Shown piece after piece: positions 8,959 to 18,882 of a stretch of 64,000 nucleotides of DNA; position 1 is the stretch's first letter, and each line of letters starts with the position of its first letter. The stretch covers positions 23,003-87,002 of the forward strand of contig CALKUP010000002.1 in the NCBI GenBank assembly GCA_937996685.1. Reading direction: 5' to 3'. This DNA is from an uncultured bacterium (GTDB taxonomy: Bacteria > Patescibacteriota > Patescibacteriia > UBA9570 > XYC2-FULL-38-9). The notes beneath the pieces are model-generated. The model saw only the letters and a list, made by a program, of their open reading frames with translations, was not told the DNA's origin and ran no database searches. The position numbers were made by a program, and so were the translations under genes.

Positions 8959-11250
8959 ATGGCAAAAAAAACCCCAACAAAAAAACTGACAGCTGGTGAG
9001 CTAAAAGAAATCACACAAATTCGTAAACGTGATTACACGTTGCAAAAATTCGACTTAGCACGAATTGAAAAAGCGATCACAAAAGCATTGCAAAGTACAA
9101 AAGAAGGTGGTGCTGCAGAAGCAAAACAAATTGCAACCGATGTGTTTCGTAAATTGCTCCAATCAAAAAAAGAATTCGCTGGTTTTTTGCCAACTGTCGA
9201 AGGTGTGCAAGATTTAGTAGAGCGTCAATTGATCTTGGGAGATTTTAATGAAACAGCAAAATCATATATTGCGTTTCGTGATGCGCGTGCGCTTGAGCGT
9301 GCAAAAGAAAATGCTGTGCCAAAGCATGTTGCAAAACTTGCGAAAGACAGTAAAAAATATTTCCGTAATTCATTGGGTGAGTTCGTGTACTATCGAACAT
9401 ATTCACGTTGGATTGAAGCAGAAAAACGTCGTGAAACATGGATTGAAACAGTTGAACGATATATTTCTTTCATGCAAGAAAATGTTGGAGACGCGCTCAC
9501 TGCTCGTGAATACAACGAAATTCGTCAAATGATTTTGACACACAGTGCAATGCCATCAATGCGTTTGATGCAATTCGCTGGAGAGCCAGCTCGCAAAACA
9601 AACGTCTGTGCCTATAATTGTTCATTTATCGCTCCAGAACGACTCGAAGATTTTGCAGAAATCATGTACATCTCAATGTGTGGAACCGGTGTTGGTTTTT
9701 CAGTAGAAGATAAGTTTGTGCAAAAATTGCCACAAATTGAATTTCAAAAAGGCAACAAAGCGAAAGTGCACGTTGTTGGTGACAGTAAAGAAGGTTGGGC
9801 TGATGCGCTGACAATCGGTTTGAAAGCGTGGTTCTCTGGAGAAGATGTGACATTTGATTACAGTCGAATTCGTCCAGCTGGTGCTCGTTTGAAAACAATG
9901 GGTGGAAAAAGTTCAGGACCTGAGCCACTCAAACAATTGATGCAATTTGCACGTGAAAAAATCATGGCACGCCAAGGTCGTCGTCTGACTGACATCGATG
10001 TACATGACATTGTCTGTAAGATCGGTGAAATCGTGGTTGCTGGCGGTGTGCGTCGCAGTGCGCTGATTTCATTGTCTGACCTTGATTCAGAAACATTGCG
10101 TGATGCAAAGACAGGTCAATTCTGGAACACAGAACCACAACGCAGTATGGCGAACAACTCTGCGGTATACGAACATAAACCGTCTGTAACAGAGTTCATG
10201 GAAGAATGGATGGCGCTTGTGAAATCAGGCTCTGGTGAGCGTGGTATTTTCAACCGAGCTGGTTTATTGAAAACATTGCCAGAACGTCGTTTGGAATTGT
10301 TGAACAATGACGTGTCTCGAATGGGAACAAACCCATGTGGTGAAATTCTGTTGCAATCAAAACAATTCTGTAATTTAACAGAAGTGATCGCGCGTGCGGA
10401 AGACACAGAAAAAACATTGATTCAAAAAGCGCGTATCGCGGCAATTCTTGGAACATTCCAATCATCACTCACAAATTTCCCATATCTCTCAAAAGAGTGG
10501 AAAGAAAATTGTGAAACAGAACGCTTACTTGGTGTGTCTGTCACTGGTCAATGGGATTGCAAAATTTCTCGAGATCCAAAAGTATTAGAAAAAATCAAGA
10601 AAGAGGCAATTCGTGTGAACCGTATCTATGCAAAAAAATTCGGTATCCCAGCATCTTCTTGTATCACAACTGTGAAACCATCTGGTACCGTGTCACAAAC
10701 TGTTGATTGTGCGTCTGGTATGCATCCACGTTTCGCTCCATATTACATCCGTCGTGTGCGTATCGCGTCATCTGATTCACTCTTCAAAATGTTGCGTGAC
10801 CAAGGTGTCCCATACAAACCAGAAGTTGGTCAATCAATGGAATCTGCAAGTACCTATGTATTTGAGTTCCCAGTAAAATCACCAAAAGGATCTATTTGCA
10901 ACGATGATTTATCAGCGTTAGAGCAATTAGAGCATTGGAAAGTGGTGAAAACAAGTTACACAGAACATAATCCATCTGTAACAATTTATATCGGTGATGA
11001 TGAATGGCTCACTGTAGCAAATTGGCTCTATGAAAATTGGGATATTGTCGGCGGCCTATCATTCTTGCCACGACAAAACCATGTCTACCAGCTTGCTCCA
11101 TATGAAGCGATTGATGAGAAGACATACAAAGAACTTCATGATTATATGAAGAACATCGATTTCTCAAAGATCGTTGAATATGAAAAAACAGATGAAGTTG
11201 ATGTGAAAAAAGAACTTGCATGTGCAGGTGGCGTGTGTGAAATCATCTAA
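8959..11250 (+). CDS. nrdJ: Ribonucleotide reductase, class II (adenosylcobalamin-dependent, NrdJ-like) with N-terminal ATP-cone
   Basis: ATP-cone at the N-terminus. Active-site NPCGEI motif, which is class II-type (class I has NLCxEI). C-terminal redox Cys pair CAGGVCEII. No nrdB/nrdF partner gene adjacent. Confidence 0.7.
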   Translation: MAKKTPTKKLTAGELKEITQIRKRDYTLQKFDLARIEKAITKALQSTKEGGAAEAKQIATDVFRKLLQSKKEFAGFLPTVEGVQDLVERQLILGDFNETAKSYIAFRDARALERAKENAVPKHVAKLAKDSKKYFRNSLGEFVYYRTYSRWIEAEKRRETWIETVERYISFMQENVGDALTAREYNEIRQMILTHSAMPSMRLMQFAGEPARKTNVCAYNCSFIAPERLEDFAEIMYISMCGTGVGFSVEDKFVQKLPQIEFQKGNKAKVHVVGDSKEGWADALTIGLKAWFSGEDVTFDYSRIRPAGARLKTMGGKSSGPEPLKQLMQFAREKIMARQGRRLTDIDVHDIVCKIGEIVVAGGVRRSALISLSDLDSETLRDAKTGQFWNTEPQRSMANNSAVYEHKPSVTEFMEEWMALVKSGSGERGIFNRAGLLKTLPERRLELLNNDVSRMGTNPCGEILLQSKQFCNLTEVIARAEDTEKTLIQKARIAAILGTFQSSLTNFPYLSKEWKENCETERLLGVSVTGQWDCKISRDPKVLEKIKKEAIRVNRIYAKKFGIPASSCITTVKPSGTVSQTVDCASGMHPRFAPYYIRRVRIASSDSLFKMLRDQGVPYKPEVGQSMESASTYVFEFPVKSPKGSICNDDLSALEQLEHWKVVKTSYTEHNPSVTIYIGDDEWLTVANWLYENWDIVGGLSFLPRQNHVYQLAPYEAIDEKTYKELHDYMKNIDFSKIVEYEKTDEVDVKKELACAGGVCEII

Positions 11251-11277
11251 TTCATCAATAGACTCGATGCCTAGAAC

Positions 11278-11303
11278 GGCCCGCTTCGTGCGGGCTTTTC
11301 TAA
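11278..11303 (+). terminator. Rho-independent terminator after the RNR gene
   Basis: GGCCCGC ttcgt GCGGGC followed by TTTTCT. Confidence 0.55.
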
Positions 11304-11346
11304 TCTTGCGCTCTGATATTTTATATAAATGTGATACAGTACAATA

Positions 11347-12594
11347 ATGAAAAAACAACTATCCATTTTCCCACAATTTTTTACAGTCTTTCTTGATCTA
11401 CTTGGCATTGGAATTATCATTCCAATTCTCGCTCCATTACTCCTGAATCCAAATGAAACGCTGCTTGATGCAGCAACGAGTATGGATACTCGGGCGATTA
11501 TTTTAGGATTTTTAATTGCGTCATATCCACTCGCGCAATTTTTTGGCGCCCCTGTGCTCGGCGCGCTTGCTGACCAGCGTGGACGTAAGAGAGTGTTACT
11601 CATTGCTCTAACCGGAACACTCCTTGGATATCTCTTGTTTGCGTACGGTATTGTGACGCATCAATTATGGATTTTATTTGCCAGTCGGATTCTCGATGGC
11701 TTTACTGGTGGAAATATTGCGATTGTCCAATCATCCATTGCTGATGTGTCGACAGAAAAAACCCGATCACGCAATTTTGGTCTTGTCGGGATGGCATTCG
11801 GTCTCGGGTTTATTCTCGGGCCCTATATCGGAGGGAAGCTCGCGGATCCGACAATTGTTTCGTGGTTTAATTCCGCAACGCCGTTTTTCTTTGCAGCATT
11901 GATGACCGCATTGAATATGGTATTGGTGGTGTTCCGTTTCCCGGAAACACATACTGTTGCCGGTGCTGCTCGTGTCAGCATCTTGACGGGTGTGAAGAAT
12001 TTGAAAAAAGCTTTCACAACACCAAATCTGCGTGTGTTATTTATTGTCGTATTTTTGATCACAATTGGATTTTCCTTCTTCACTCAGTTTTTCTCCGTGT
12101 ATTTGATTAACAAATTTCAGTTCACCCAATCAGATATCGGTGATTACTTTGCGTGGATTGGATTGTGCGTTGCTATTGTGCAAGGTGCGCTCATTCGACC
12201 GGTGTCTGCAAAGTTTAACCCAGAAACGATTTTGTCAGTGTCGCTTATTGGATTGTCTGCAGCGCTTGCATTACAACTCTTGCCAACAGAAGCAATCTGG
12301 CTCTATGCGATTACTCCGCTTATCGCGCTCACAAACGGTTTTTCAATGCCAAGTTATACCAGTTTAATTTCAACAAGCGTGAGTCCAAAAGAGCAAGGTG
12401 AAATTTTAGGGATTAACCAATCGATCCAATCATTGGGTCAAGCAATTCCGCCAATTCTCGCAGGCTTTTTAATCACTGTGAATCAGTATTTGCCGATTAT
12501 CACAGCATCTGTCGTGATGTTTATTGCGTGGTTTGTCTTTATGGCGTTTTATAAAGGTCGGCATCCACGAGTCCAGCAACACGAAGTAGCCTAG
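11347..12594 (+). CDS. MFS transporter (drug/H+ antiporter-like)
   Basis: About 12 TM segments and the MFS motif A GALADQRGRKRVLL. Confidence 0.7.
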   Translation: MKKQLSIFPQFFTVFLDLLGIGIIIPILAPLLLNPNETLLDAATSMDTRAIILGFLIASYPLAQFFGAPVLGALADQRGRKRVLLIALTGTLLGYLLFAYGIVTHQLWILFASRILDGFTGGNIAIVQSSIADVSTEKTRSRNFGLVGMAFGLGFILGPYIGGKLADPTIVSWFNSATPFFFAALMTALNMVLVVFRFPETHTVAGAARVSILTGVKNLKKAFTTPNLRVLFIVVFLITIGFSFFTQFFSVYLINKFQFTQSDIGDYFAWIGLCVAIVQGALIRPVSAKFNPETILSVSLIGLSAALALQLLPTEAIWLYAITPLIALTNGFSMPSYTSLISTSVSPKEQGEILGINQSIQSLGQAIPPILAGFLITVNQYLPIITASVVMFIAWFVFMAFYKGRHPRVQQHEVA

Positions 12595-12600
12595 GCCTGT

Positions 12601-13284
12601 ATGAATCCCTGGGAGTTAGAATATCAAGATCCAAAGTTGCTGACTGGGCAATTCGCGCCGCAGTCATTTGTCTTGCGTGCGTTAAAGGTGTTGAAAAAGC
12701 AGTATGGATTTCGCCCAAGCGATAAAGAAATGGTTGATCTCGGTTGTGGTATTGGTCGGAATACAATCTATCTTGCAGAAAAGGGCGCGACTATTTCAGG
12801 GTTTGATATTTCTCGCACAGCTATTCGTGCAGCAAAATCTGTTGCGCGAGAGCGTGGATTTGGTGATATGACGCTGCAAGTCCAAGATTTTAATGAGCGA
12901 GCGCGGATTCGAGCCGAAGACGCAGCTGTTGATTTAACACTGTGCATCATGATGTTTCATTTGCTAAATGCAGCAGCGCGACCGGCCCTGGCTTCTGAGA
13001 TTGCTCGGGCGACAAAGCCGGGTGGTTTTCTTGTATTGCGAACACTTGCAAAAGAAGGTGATAAAAACGCCAAACAACTATTGCAAGATTTTCCAACGAA
13101 TGAAGAAGGAACGTATAAAATGCCAGGAACAGGGTTTCATGAACACGTGTTCACAAAAGAAGAGTTGCTGAATCTGTTTCCAGGTTTTTCTGTTGTGCTA
13201 TGCAAAAAACAAACAGGTTATCAAACAGTCGGTGAGAGGCGCTATGCTCGCCAGTACTGGGAGTGTATCTTGCAACGCGCTTAG
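12601..13284 (+). CDS. Class I SAM-dependent methyltransferase
   Basis: Motif I VDLGCGIGRN; acidic residue after beta2 (GFDIS). Confidence 0.6.
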   Translation: MNPWELEYQDPKLLTGQFAPQSFVLRALKVLKKQYGFRPSDKEMVDLGCGIGRNTIYLAEKGATISGFDISRTAIRAAKSVARERGFGDMTLQVQDFNERARIRAEDAAVDLTLCIMMFHLLNAAARPALASEIARATKPGGFLVLRTLAKEGDKNAKQLLQDFPTNEEGTYKMPGTGFHEHVFTKEELLNLFPGFSVVLCKKQTGYQTVGERRYARQYWECILQRA

Positions 13285-13952
13285 CGTGTATAGAGTGAGT
13301 ACAAGGCGATAGCGGCAGCGTGTGTGACGTTGAGAGACTCAAGAGACTCGTTGTGTTCAATCACAAGAGACGTGCCAGGCATGTCCATTGTAATGCCGCG
13401 ACCTTCAGAGCCGAGAATGATTAATGGTCGAGATTCAATAGTGACTTGTTGTAACGCCTGGCTTTCTGGGCGTTTTTCAATCCGATAGATTGGTCTTTCA
13501 AGTTGTGTGATGTATTCTACCGCTTTATTGCGAGTCAGGCTGATCCACGGGACGTGAAACAGAGCCCCGGCGCTTGCTCGAACTACTTTTGAGCTGGTGA
13601 TGTCCGCTGATTCAACAGCGATGATGCTCGCGTCAAAGCCTTGAGCAAGGCGAATGATTGCACCAACATTGCCTGGGTCTTGAACACCGTCAAGAACAAT
13701 CACGGTTGATTGATTTTGAATATCATCGAGTGTCCATTCTGGAATACGCGCAACTGCGGCAATGGGTTGCGGTGTTTCTGTTGTGACAAGGACTTCAAAT
13801 TGAAAGCTGTCGTTTCCAGTAAATGTGTATTCAATATATTTTTCAGCTTCCGCAACGGGAATTTCACCTTCGACAAGCAGGAGTCCGTTTTCGCGCCGTC
13901 CTTTTTTTGTATGGAGTGATCGAATGAGTTTTTCTTGAGCCTTTGATAACAT
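13281..13952 (-). CDS. TrmH/SpoU-family RNA 2'-O-methyltransferase
   Basis: SpoU motifs LLVEGE..., VLDGVQDPGNVGAIIR and IILGSEGRGI. Confidence 0.7.
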   Translation of the reverse strand: MLSKAQEKLIRSLHTKKGRRENGLLLVEGEIPVAEAEKYIEYTFTGNDSFQFEVLVTTETPQPIAAVARIPEWTLDDIQNQSTVIVLDGVQDPGNVGAIIRLAQGFDASIIAVESADITSSKVVRASAGALFHVPWISLTRNKAVEYITQLERPIYRIEKRPESQALQQVTIESRPLIILGSEGRGITMDMPGTSLVIEHNESLESLNVTHAAAIALYSLYTR

Positions 13953-14006
13953 AGAGGGAATACTTTATAATAGAAATCTTGATTTTATCTATCTTATACT
14001 ATTTTT

Positions 14007-14519
14007 ATGAAATACACACTTTCTGTTCTGTTTGTTGGCATCCTTGTCTTCACGGGCGCGAGTTGCTCAAAAGGCGACACTGCTGCTGATGCGACAATAC
14101 CGTCACTTTCAACCACGAATACAGAGTCAGTGAATACTGCGGATAACACAAATACGCAAGAAGCAACGACGAATACAAATACAACAACGCCGGTGAATAC
14201 TGCTGTAAATACAGGAAAAACTAGTGGTGTAACAACAAACACCAGTACTGCCGGACTTGAAGAGCCTGCTTCAACTGCAACGACATACTCCGCAGCAGAC
14301 ATTGCAAAACATGCAACAGCGTCAGATTGTTGGAGCGCAATTGATGGAAAAGTCTATAATATTAGCAGTTATATCAACCAACATCCGGGTGGTCGCGTTG
14401 TGACACAAGCCTGCGGTAAAGACGGTTCACAGCTCTTTAAGACACAAGGTGGAAGAGGGCAGCATAGTAGTACAGCTCGCGCACAACTCGCAAGCTTTGA
14501 AATTGGTACGCTGAAGTAA
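14007..14519 (+). CDS. Lipoprotein with C-terminal cytochrome b5-like heme-binding domain
   Basis: Signal peptide with lipobox FTGASC. Thr/Asn-rich low-complexity linker. b5 domain with HPGG and a second His in GQHSS. Paralog of the 8350-8709 product. Confidence 0.65.
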   Translation: MKYTLSVLFVGILVFTGASCSKGDTAADATIPSLSTTNTESVNTADNTNTQEATTNTNTTTPVNTAVNTGKTSGVTTNTSTAGLEEPASTATTYSAADIAKHATASDCWSAIDGKVYNISSYINQHPGGRVVTQACGKDGSQLFKTQGGRGQHSSTARAQLASFEIGTLK

Positions 14520-14583
14520 GTCAGTTTGTCAAATCGTACTGTTGATATCTTTTTGCTGTATTTCTTGAGGTTTTTGGCATATT

Positions 14584-14592
14584 TGCTATAAT
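14584..14592 (+). promoter_or_regulatory. Extended -10 element (TGcTATAAT) upstream of the HU gene
   Basis: TGCTATAAT lies about 33-45 nt upstream of the candidate start codons, and TTGACA-like sequences occur upstream. Confidence 0.3.
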
Positions 14593-14624
14593 AGTCAGAG
14601 CTAATCAACCTAAATGTATGTCAT

Positions 14625-14909
14625 ATGCGAAAACCAATGACAAAGAGTCAATTCGTTGCTCATCTTTCTGAGCAATCAGGAATGAGTAAAAAAGAAGTTA
14701 CAGCAATGTGGGAATTGCTTGTTGACACAATCTACAAAGAAACCAAAGAAGCTGGCATGTGCACATTGCCAGGAATTGGTAAAATGGTATTGCAAAACCG
14801 TGCTGCGCGCCAAGGCCGCAACCCAGCAACTGGTGAAACAATCCAAATCCCTGCAAAAACGGTATTGAAATTCCGTGTTGCAAAACAAGCGAAAGACACA
14901 ATCTTGTAA
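14625..14909 (+). CDS. hup: HU/IHF-family nucleoid DNA-binding protein
   Basis: GRNPATGETIQIPA arm motif and overall HU length. The true start is probably the Met at 14637 (MTKSQFV...). Confidence 0.8.
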   Translation: MRKPMTKSQFVAHLSEQSGMSKKEVTAMWELLVDTIYKETKEAGMCTLPGIGKMVLQNRAARQGRNPATGETIQIPAKTVLKFRVAKQAKDTIL

Positions 14910-14926
14910 TCCCTGCAAGATCGTAT

Positions 14927-14958
14927 ATAAAAAGCTCGGTATCATCCGAGCTTTTTTA
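14927..14958. terminator. Bidirectional Rho-independent terminator between convergent genes
   Basis: AAAAAGCTCGG tatcat CCGAGCTTTTTT, with A-run and T-run on either side. Confidence 0.7.
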
Positions 14959-15025
14959 TTTGTTGTAACGGCGAAGCTGTAGGATAAAAAAATCGGATAG
15001 TGATATCCGATTTTTTCTGTAAGAA

Positions 15026-15271
15026 CTATTTCTTACGTTTTACAGCTTTACGCTTTGCTGGTTTTTTCGCTACTTTCTTTTTCGCTACTTTTTTAACCAC
15101 CTTTTTCTTCGCAGCTGGTTTTTTCGCTACTTTTTTCTTAGCGACTTTCTTCACTGCTTTTTTCACGACTTTTTTCTTCGCTACTTTTTTTACTGCTTTT
15201 TTCGCTACGACTTTCTTAGCGACTTTTTTCTTTGCAGCTGGTTTCTTTGTTGCTTTTTTCTTTGTTGCCAT
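15026..15271 (-). CDS. Lys/Ala-rich histone H1-like nucleoid protein (KKAAKK repeats)
   Basis: The start MATKKKATKK is preceded by a strong SD (AAAGGGGGTG), and the product is made of KKVAKK/KPAAKK repeats. The ORF-track start at 15376 is probably an upstream extension. The mirror + strand ORF 15000-15338 (F/A/T repeats) is an artefact. Confidence 0.6.
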   Translation of the reverse strand: MATKKKATKKPAAKKKVAKKVVAKKAVKKVAKKKVVKKAVKKVAKKKVAKKPAAKKKVVKKVAKKKVAKKPAKRKAVKRKK

Positions 15272-15433
15272 TTTTAACACCCCCTTTCTTATATTTGATA
15301 GATATAGTATACCGTGTTGCGGTACAACTAAACAATAAAAAAAATACAAAAACTGTGGAAAACTTTTTATTGACACTGCTGATACCTCATGTTAAAAGGT
15401 ATATACATCATAACATAAGGTATAAAAAGAATT

Positions 15434-15781
15434 ATGAAATTTCAACCAGAATTGATGAAAGGGGCAACAAAAAACGTTATTCTTGCAGTTCTTGCAAGAG
15501 AGGATCAACATGGGTATCAAATTATTCGAGAAATTCGTACACGCAGTGGCGAGTTACTTGAGTACGGAGAGGGAAGTGTGTATCCAGCGTTACATGCACT
15601 TGAAGCATCAAAGTTTGTAAAAAGTTATTGGGCTGTTGCAGAAAACGGACGTGAACGAAAGTATTATGCGATCACTGTCAAAGGCAAGCGACAATTAAAA
15701 AACGCTATTAAAGAATGGAAGTTGTATAGCGAGGCAGTGAATTCTGTCATGAAAGGTTTGCGTTTAAGTGCTGGTGAATAA
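15434..15781 (+). CDS. PadR-family transcriptional regulator
   Basis: PadR winged-helix motifs HGYQIIREI...GSVYPALHALE. Confidence 0.75.
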   Translation: MKFQPELMKGATKNVILAVLAREDQHGYQIIREIRTRSGELLEYGEGSVYPALHALEASKFVKSYWAVAENGRERKYYAITVKGKRQLKNAIKEWKLYSEAVNSVMKGLRLSAGE

Positions 15782-16511
15782 CACTATGTTGCCATACGAA
15801 CCAACACCAGCTGTTTTGGATGCAATTGAAGAGGTTGTGCACGGCGCGCGATTAGCAAAAAATGTTCGACAGGATGTTCGACGTGAGTTGATTGCATACG
15901 CAGAAGATCATGGCCGTGAATTGCATTTTGACGGAAAAACAGATGAAGAAATTGAACTGATTATTATGGAAAAAATTGGAGATACAAAAAAACTAGGCGG
16001 GCAGATGTATGTCGCACATCGACGATTGTATTTTGTGCCATGGATCGGCCCGTTGTTTTATGATGAGATTGTGCGTGGTGGTATTGTGACGTTCTTCATG
16101 CATGCTGCCGCTGCTATGTGCTCTGTTGTTGCTATGATGGGTATAAGTGAAGTGCTATATCGCTGGCCTTGGTTTGCAAATATACAATATGCAAATGGAA
16201 TTGCGGTACATTATTGGGAAGGTTTTTTTCGATACGCAATTGAGGCTGGGCCGTTCTTTGTTGCGGCTTTGATTCTTGGGGTTATTGTGCGGTTTCGTTT
16301 TAAATCACTTATAAAAAGCATTGATGTGATGAACGCGTCATTTATGCCGTTGTTTTTCTTCTTTCTCTATATGGTTTTACAGCAAGTCTTTTCAGAGTAT
16401 CCCGACCTCAATACAAGTATTCGCACTCTCGCTTCTTCTGTGTTCATTGCGTATATTATGCCTGCGTATCTCGGCCTTCTTATTCCAATTCGTAAATTTC
16501 GAAATATATGA
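15768..16511 (+). CDS. PadR-associated membrane protein (DUF1700-like N-terminal domain plus TM segments)
   Basis: Overlaps the padR stop. Soluble N-terminal domain followed by multiple hydrophobic helices, the usual partner of PadR-like regulators. Confidence 0.4.
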   Translation: MLVNNTMLPYEPTPAVLDAIEEVVHGARLAKNVRQDVRRELIAYAEDHGRELHFDGKTDEEIELIIMEKIGDTKKLGGQMYVAHRRLYFVPWIGPLFYDEIVRGGIVTFFMHAAAAMCSVVAMMGISEVLYRWPWFANIQYANGIAVHYWEGFFRYAIEAGPFFVAALILGVIVRFRFKSLIKSIDVMNASFMPLFFFFLYMVLQQVFSEYPDLNTSIRTLASSVFIAYIMPAYLGLLIPIRKFRNI

Positions 16512-17788
16512 CCAATCGTTTTCGTTTTTATTCTTTTTGCGCATTCGTTTTTTTGCTCTCGCTCTTGTTTGCGAGCGGACGTGCAATGTTTAATCAGTAT
16601 TTTCATCACAGTAAGGGTGCTGTAGCTCTTGCAGAATTGCCAAGTAGTGATTCAAATGCGTTGATTATTATCAATAATCACGGAGGGGGTCAAGGTCCTC
16701 AGGCTGATCCGATGAAACGCCCATCGCAAGTGATTAGAACTGACGGTACTGTTGTGTTAGATTCAGAATCACTGGGAGTAATACGTTCTCACGGGACTAT
16801 GTTGTACCCTAATTTTCAAGCAATGGAAACATGGGATAAAAAGCAATATATTCTTGCAAGTGTTCCAAAAGAAAATTATGGTAGCGAATTTCGTTGGTAT
16901 CAAGTACAAACAGATGGTTCATTGAAAGAAATCAAGCCCTCGGCACCATGTAGAGGGAATGTTCCAGTAGAGCAATCTGAAGGATTGTGGCAAAACTGCC
17001 AAAGTTTTACAAATCTTTCAGTGTCATCTGATGGTAAATTTATGAGCATGCAAGGATGGCAATATCCGCAGCCGCAGTCAAATGCTGTAACTGAAGAAGA
17101 ACAGCAATTAAGTGCTCAAAATCGTTTTATTGTGTTCTGGAATCCAGAAACAGAAGAATGGAAGCAGTTAGACATGGATGCTGTTATGAAGCGCAATAAT
17201 ATTACTGGAGAAGATGGAATAGAGTGGGACGTGAGATGGGATGGTGATGCAGCAGAGACAGCGTTTATCATTTTCTATAAAACAGTTGATGGTGAGCAAA
17301 AAAATATTGCGAAACTACGTTATAATTTGTTAGATGACTCATATCAGTCAGTAGATGTAAATCAAGAAGTGAAGTCATTATTAGATCCACATTATTACCC
17401 GAGACCACTCGCAGAGGTGGTAACAGATTATCCGGGCGCAATGACAGAGTTTGATTTGTTGTCTCCGCGTGTAAATCCACGTATGGTATTAAAAAATCCA
17501 AAGTCTAGCTATCTCTCTTTGAGTCATTCCGCGAAGCTTGTATATACACCAACGGGTGCGCAATCATCTTTAATCAAAAGAAAAGGACTCTTTAAAAGTG
17601 ACTGGACCAAGGTGTATGTTCTTGATCGCTCTGAGCATCCGAGCCGCTACCTTGTGACTATTGATGACTATATGTATATCTACGATGTTGCCTCAGAAAA
17701 ATATGCACTGCTGACTCGTTTGCCATTTGATGTGAATTTTGGGATTAATTCTGTTGATGTGTTGTTGCCAGCAAATAACGCTCAATAG
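16508..17788 (+). CDS. Secreted hypothetical protein (signal peptide)
   Basis: N-terminal hydrophobic signal sequence. Overlaps the upstream stop, so same operon. No recognisable domain. Confidence 0.45.
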   Translation: MTNRFRFYSFCAFVFLLSLLFASGRAMFNQYFHHSKGAVALAELPSSDSNALIIINNHGGGQGPQADPMKRPSQVIRTDGTVVLDSESLGVIRSHGTMLYPNFQAMETWDKKQYILASVPKENYGSEFRWYQVQTDGSLKEIKPSAPCRGNVPVEQSEGLWQNCQSFTNLSVSSDGKFMSMQGWQYPQPQSNAVTEEEQQLSAQNRFIVFWNPETEEWKQLDMDAVMKRNNITGEDGIEWDVRWDGDAAETAFIIFYKTVDGEQKNIAKLRYNLLDDSYQSVDVNQEVKSLLDPHYYPRPLAEVVTDYPGAMTEFDLLSPRVNPRMVLKNPKSSYLSLSHSAKLVYTPTGAQSSLIKRKGLFKSDWTKVYVLDRSEHPSRYLVTIDDYMYIYDVASEKYALLTRLPFDVNFGINSVDVLLPANNAQ

Positions 17789-17853
17789 TACAGTTCTTAT
17801 TGTACCTGGATAGAAGTTGACGAAACGCTGTAATCCAGGCACAATCGACAGAT

Positions 17854-18183
17854 ATGACAGATCTTCAAACGATTATGGTGTGCCAAGCGCCGGTATGCCA
17901 ACAAAAGGGAAGTAAAACGATTTTATTGCGATTGCATGAACAATATGCAGCGCATTTTCAAGATGTGTACCCAGGATTACAAATTACAGGCGGTGATTGC
18001 GGCGGCGAATGTGAAAATGGTCCAGTTGTGCGAGTGAATGATGTGGTGATCCTGAAAGAAGTTGATAAAGATCGCGCCAAAATGCTACTGGAAAGCCCTG
18101 ATGTCTTGCTTGGTGAAATCCAGCACGTACAAGAAAAAGACCAAGCAACGTTTGAGCGAATTGTGAGCGGCGAATTGTATTAA
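17854..18183 (+). CDS. Thioredoxin-like [2Fe-2S] ferredoxin (NuoE-like fold)
   Basis: Four Cys arranged C-x4-C ... C-x3-C (VCQAPVC ... GDCGGEC), typical of the Trx-like 2Fe-2S ferredoxin family. Confidence 0.5.
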   Translation: MTDLQTIMVCQAPVCQQKGSKTILLRLHEQYAAHFQDVYPGLQITGGDCGGECENGPVVRVNDVVILKEVDKDRAKMLLESPDVLLGEIQHVQEKDQATFERIVSGELY

Positions 18184-18699
18184 TTACGCGGCAAGAAAAA
18201 ATCCAACGTACCAGACAATAAAAATAATTTGAAGGGCGTATCCTTGAATTAAACGAATTGGGGTTCGAATAAGATCGTGACAAAAACCATGCACTTTTTG
18301 AAATGGCTCGATCGTTTTAATAATGCCCTCTACAATGCGACGTTTTGTTCCGTGAGAGCCAGGAAGCGTTGCGTATTTGAGTTGAGCTTGAAACGACATA
18401 AAGAGGTCGGGAAGTGCTCCACCAATCGCACCCCAGACAATCAGTTCGTTATTTGGCTGCGGCTTAAAGAGTAAGGTGAGAATCAGAATCAAGATCGTGC
18501 CGCTTGTGTCGCCGATTGCAATCCGTCGTCCGAAGGCATCTTGTGGGTTGTGTGCCAGGCGCCAAAAAATAAATTCATCGCCATGCGGGATCATGTCGAG
18601 GATAAAGTGGGAAATGACTGCAGCAAAAAAACCAAGCAAAGGGTCTTGGGTCCAATAGGCAACCACGATACCGGCTGCTGCGTGTGTTGTCAGTGTCAT
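18184..18699 (-). CDS. Membrane-bound metal-dependent hydrolase-like protein (DUF457/YdjM-like)
   Basis: Small polytopic protein with HxxxD and His-rich motifs near the N-terminus (HFILDMIPHGDE). Tentative. Confidence 0.35.
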   Translation of the reverse strand: MTLTTHAAAGIVVAYWTQDPLLGFFAAVISHFILDMIPHGDEFIFWRLAHNPQDAFGRRIAIGDTSGTILILILTLLFKPQPNNELIVWGAIGGALPDLFMSFQAQLKYATLPGSHGTKRRIVEGIIKTIEPFQKVHGFCHDLIRTPIRLIQGYALQIIFIVWYVGFFLAA

Positions 18700-18716
18700 A
18701 GTGTGTGTTTCTTTGT

Positions 18717-18789
18717 TGCGGGGGTTGGATTTGAACCAACGACCTCCTGGTTATGAGCCAGGCGAGCTGCCAGACTGCTCTACCCCGCG
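18717..18789 (-). tRNA. tRNA-Met (anticodon CAU), initiator-like
   Basis: Reverse complement gives CGCGGGGTAGAGCAGTCTGGCAGCTCGCCTGGCTCATAACCAGGAGGTCGTTGGTTCAAATCCAACCCCCGCA. CAT anticodon loop. 5'-C opposite 3'-A (a 1:72 mismatch) as in bacterial initiator tRNA. No encoded CCA. Confidence 0.8.
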
Positions 18790-18882
18790 CATCAGTTCTC
18801 AATATATTGAGCGTTGATGTGCTTTGTATAGCAGTGATGTGAAATAGACTATATCAACAAATTGGTGATTTTGCAAATCTAT

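Noticed and set aside
15000-15338. 112-aa + strand ORF made of FFAT/FFAA repeats
   Set aside because: It is the mirror image of the Lys/Ala-repeat gene on the minus strand. The minus-strand frame has a strong SD and a plausible DNA-binding product.
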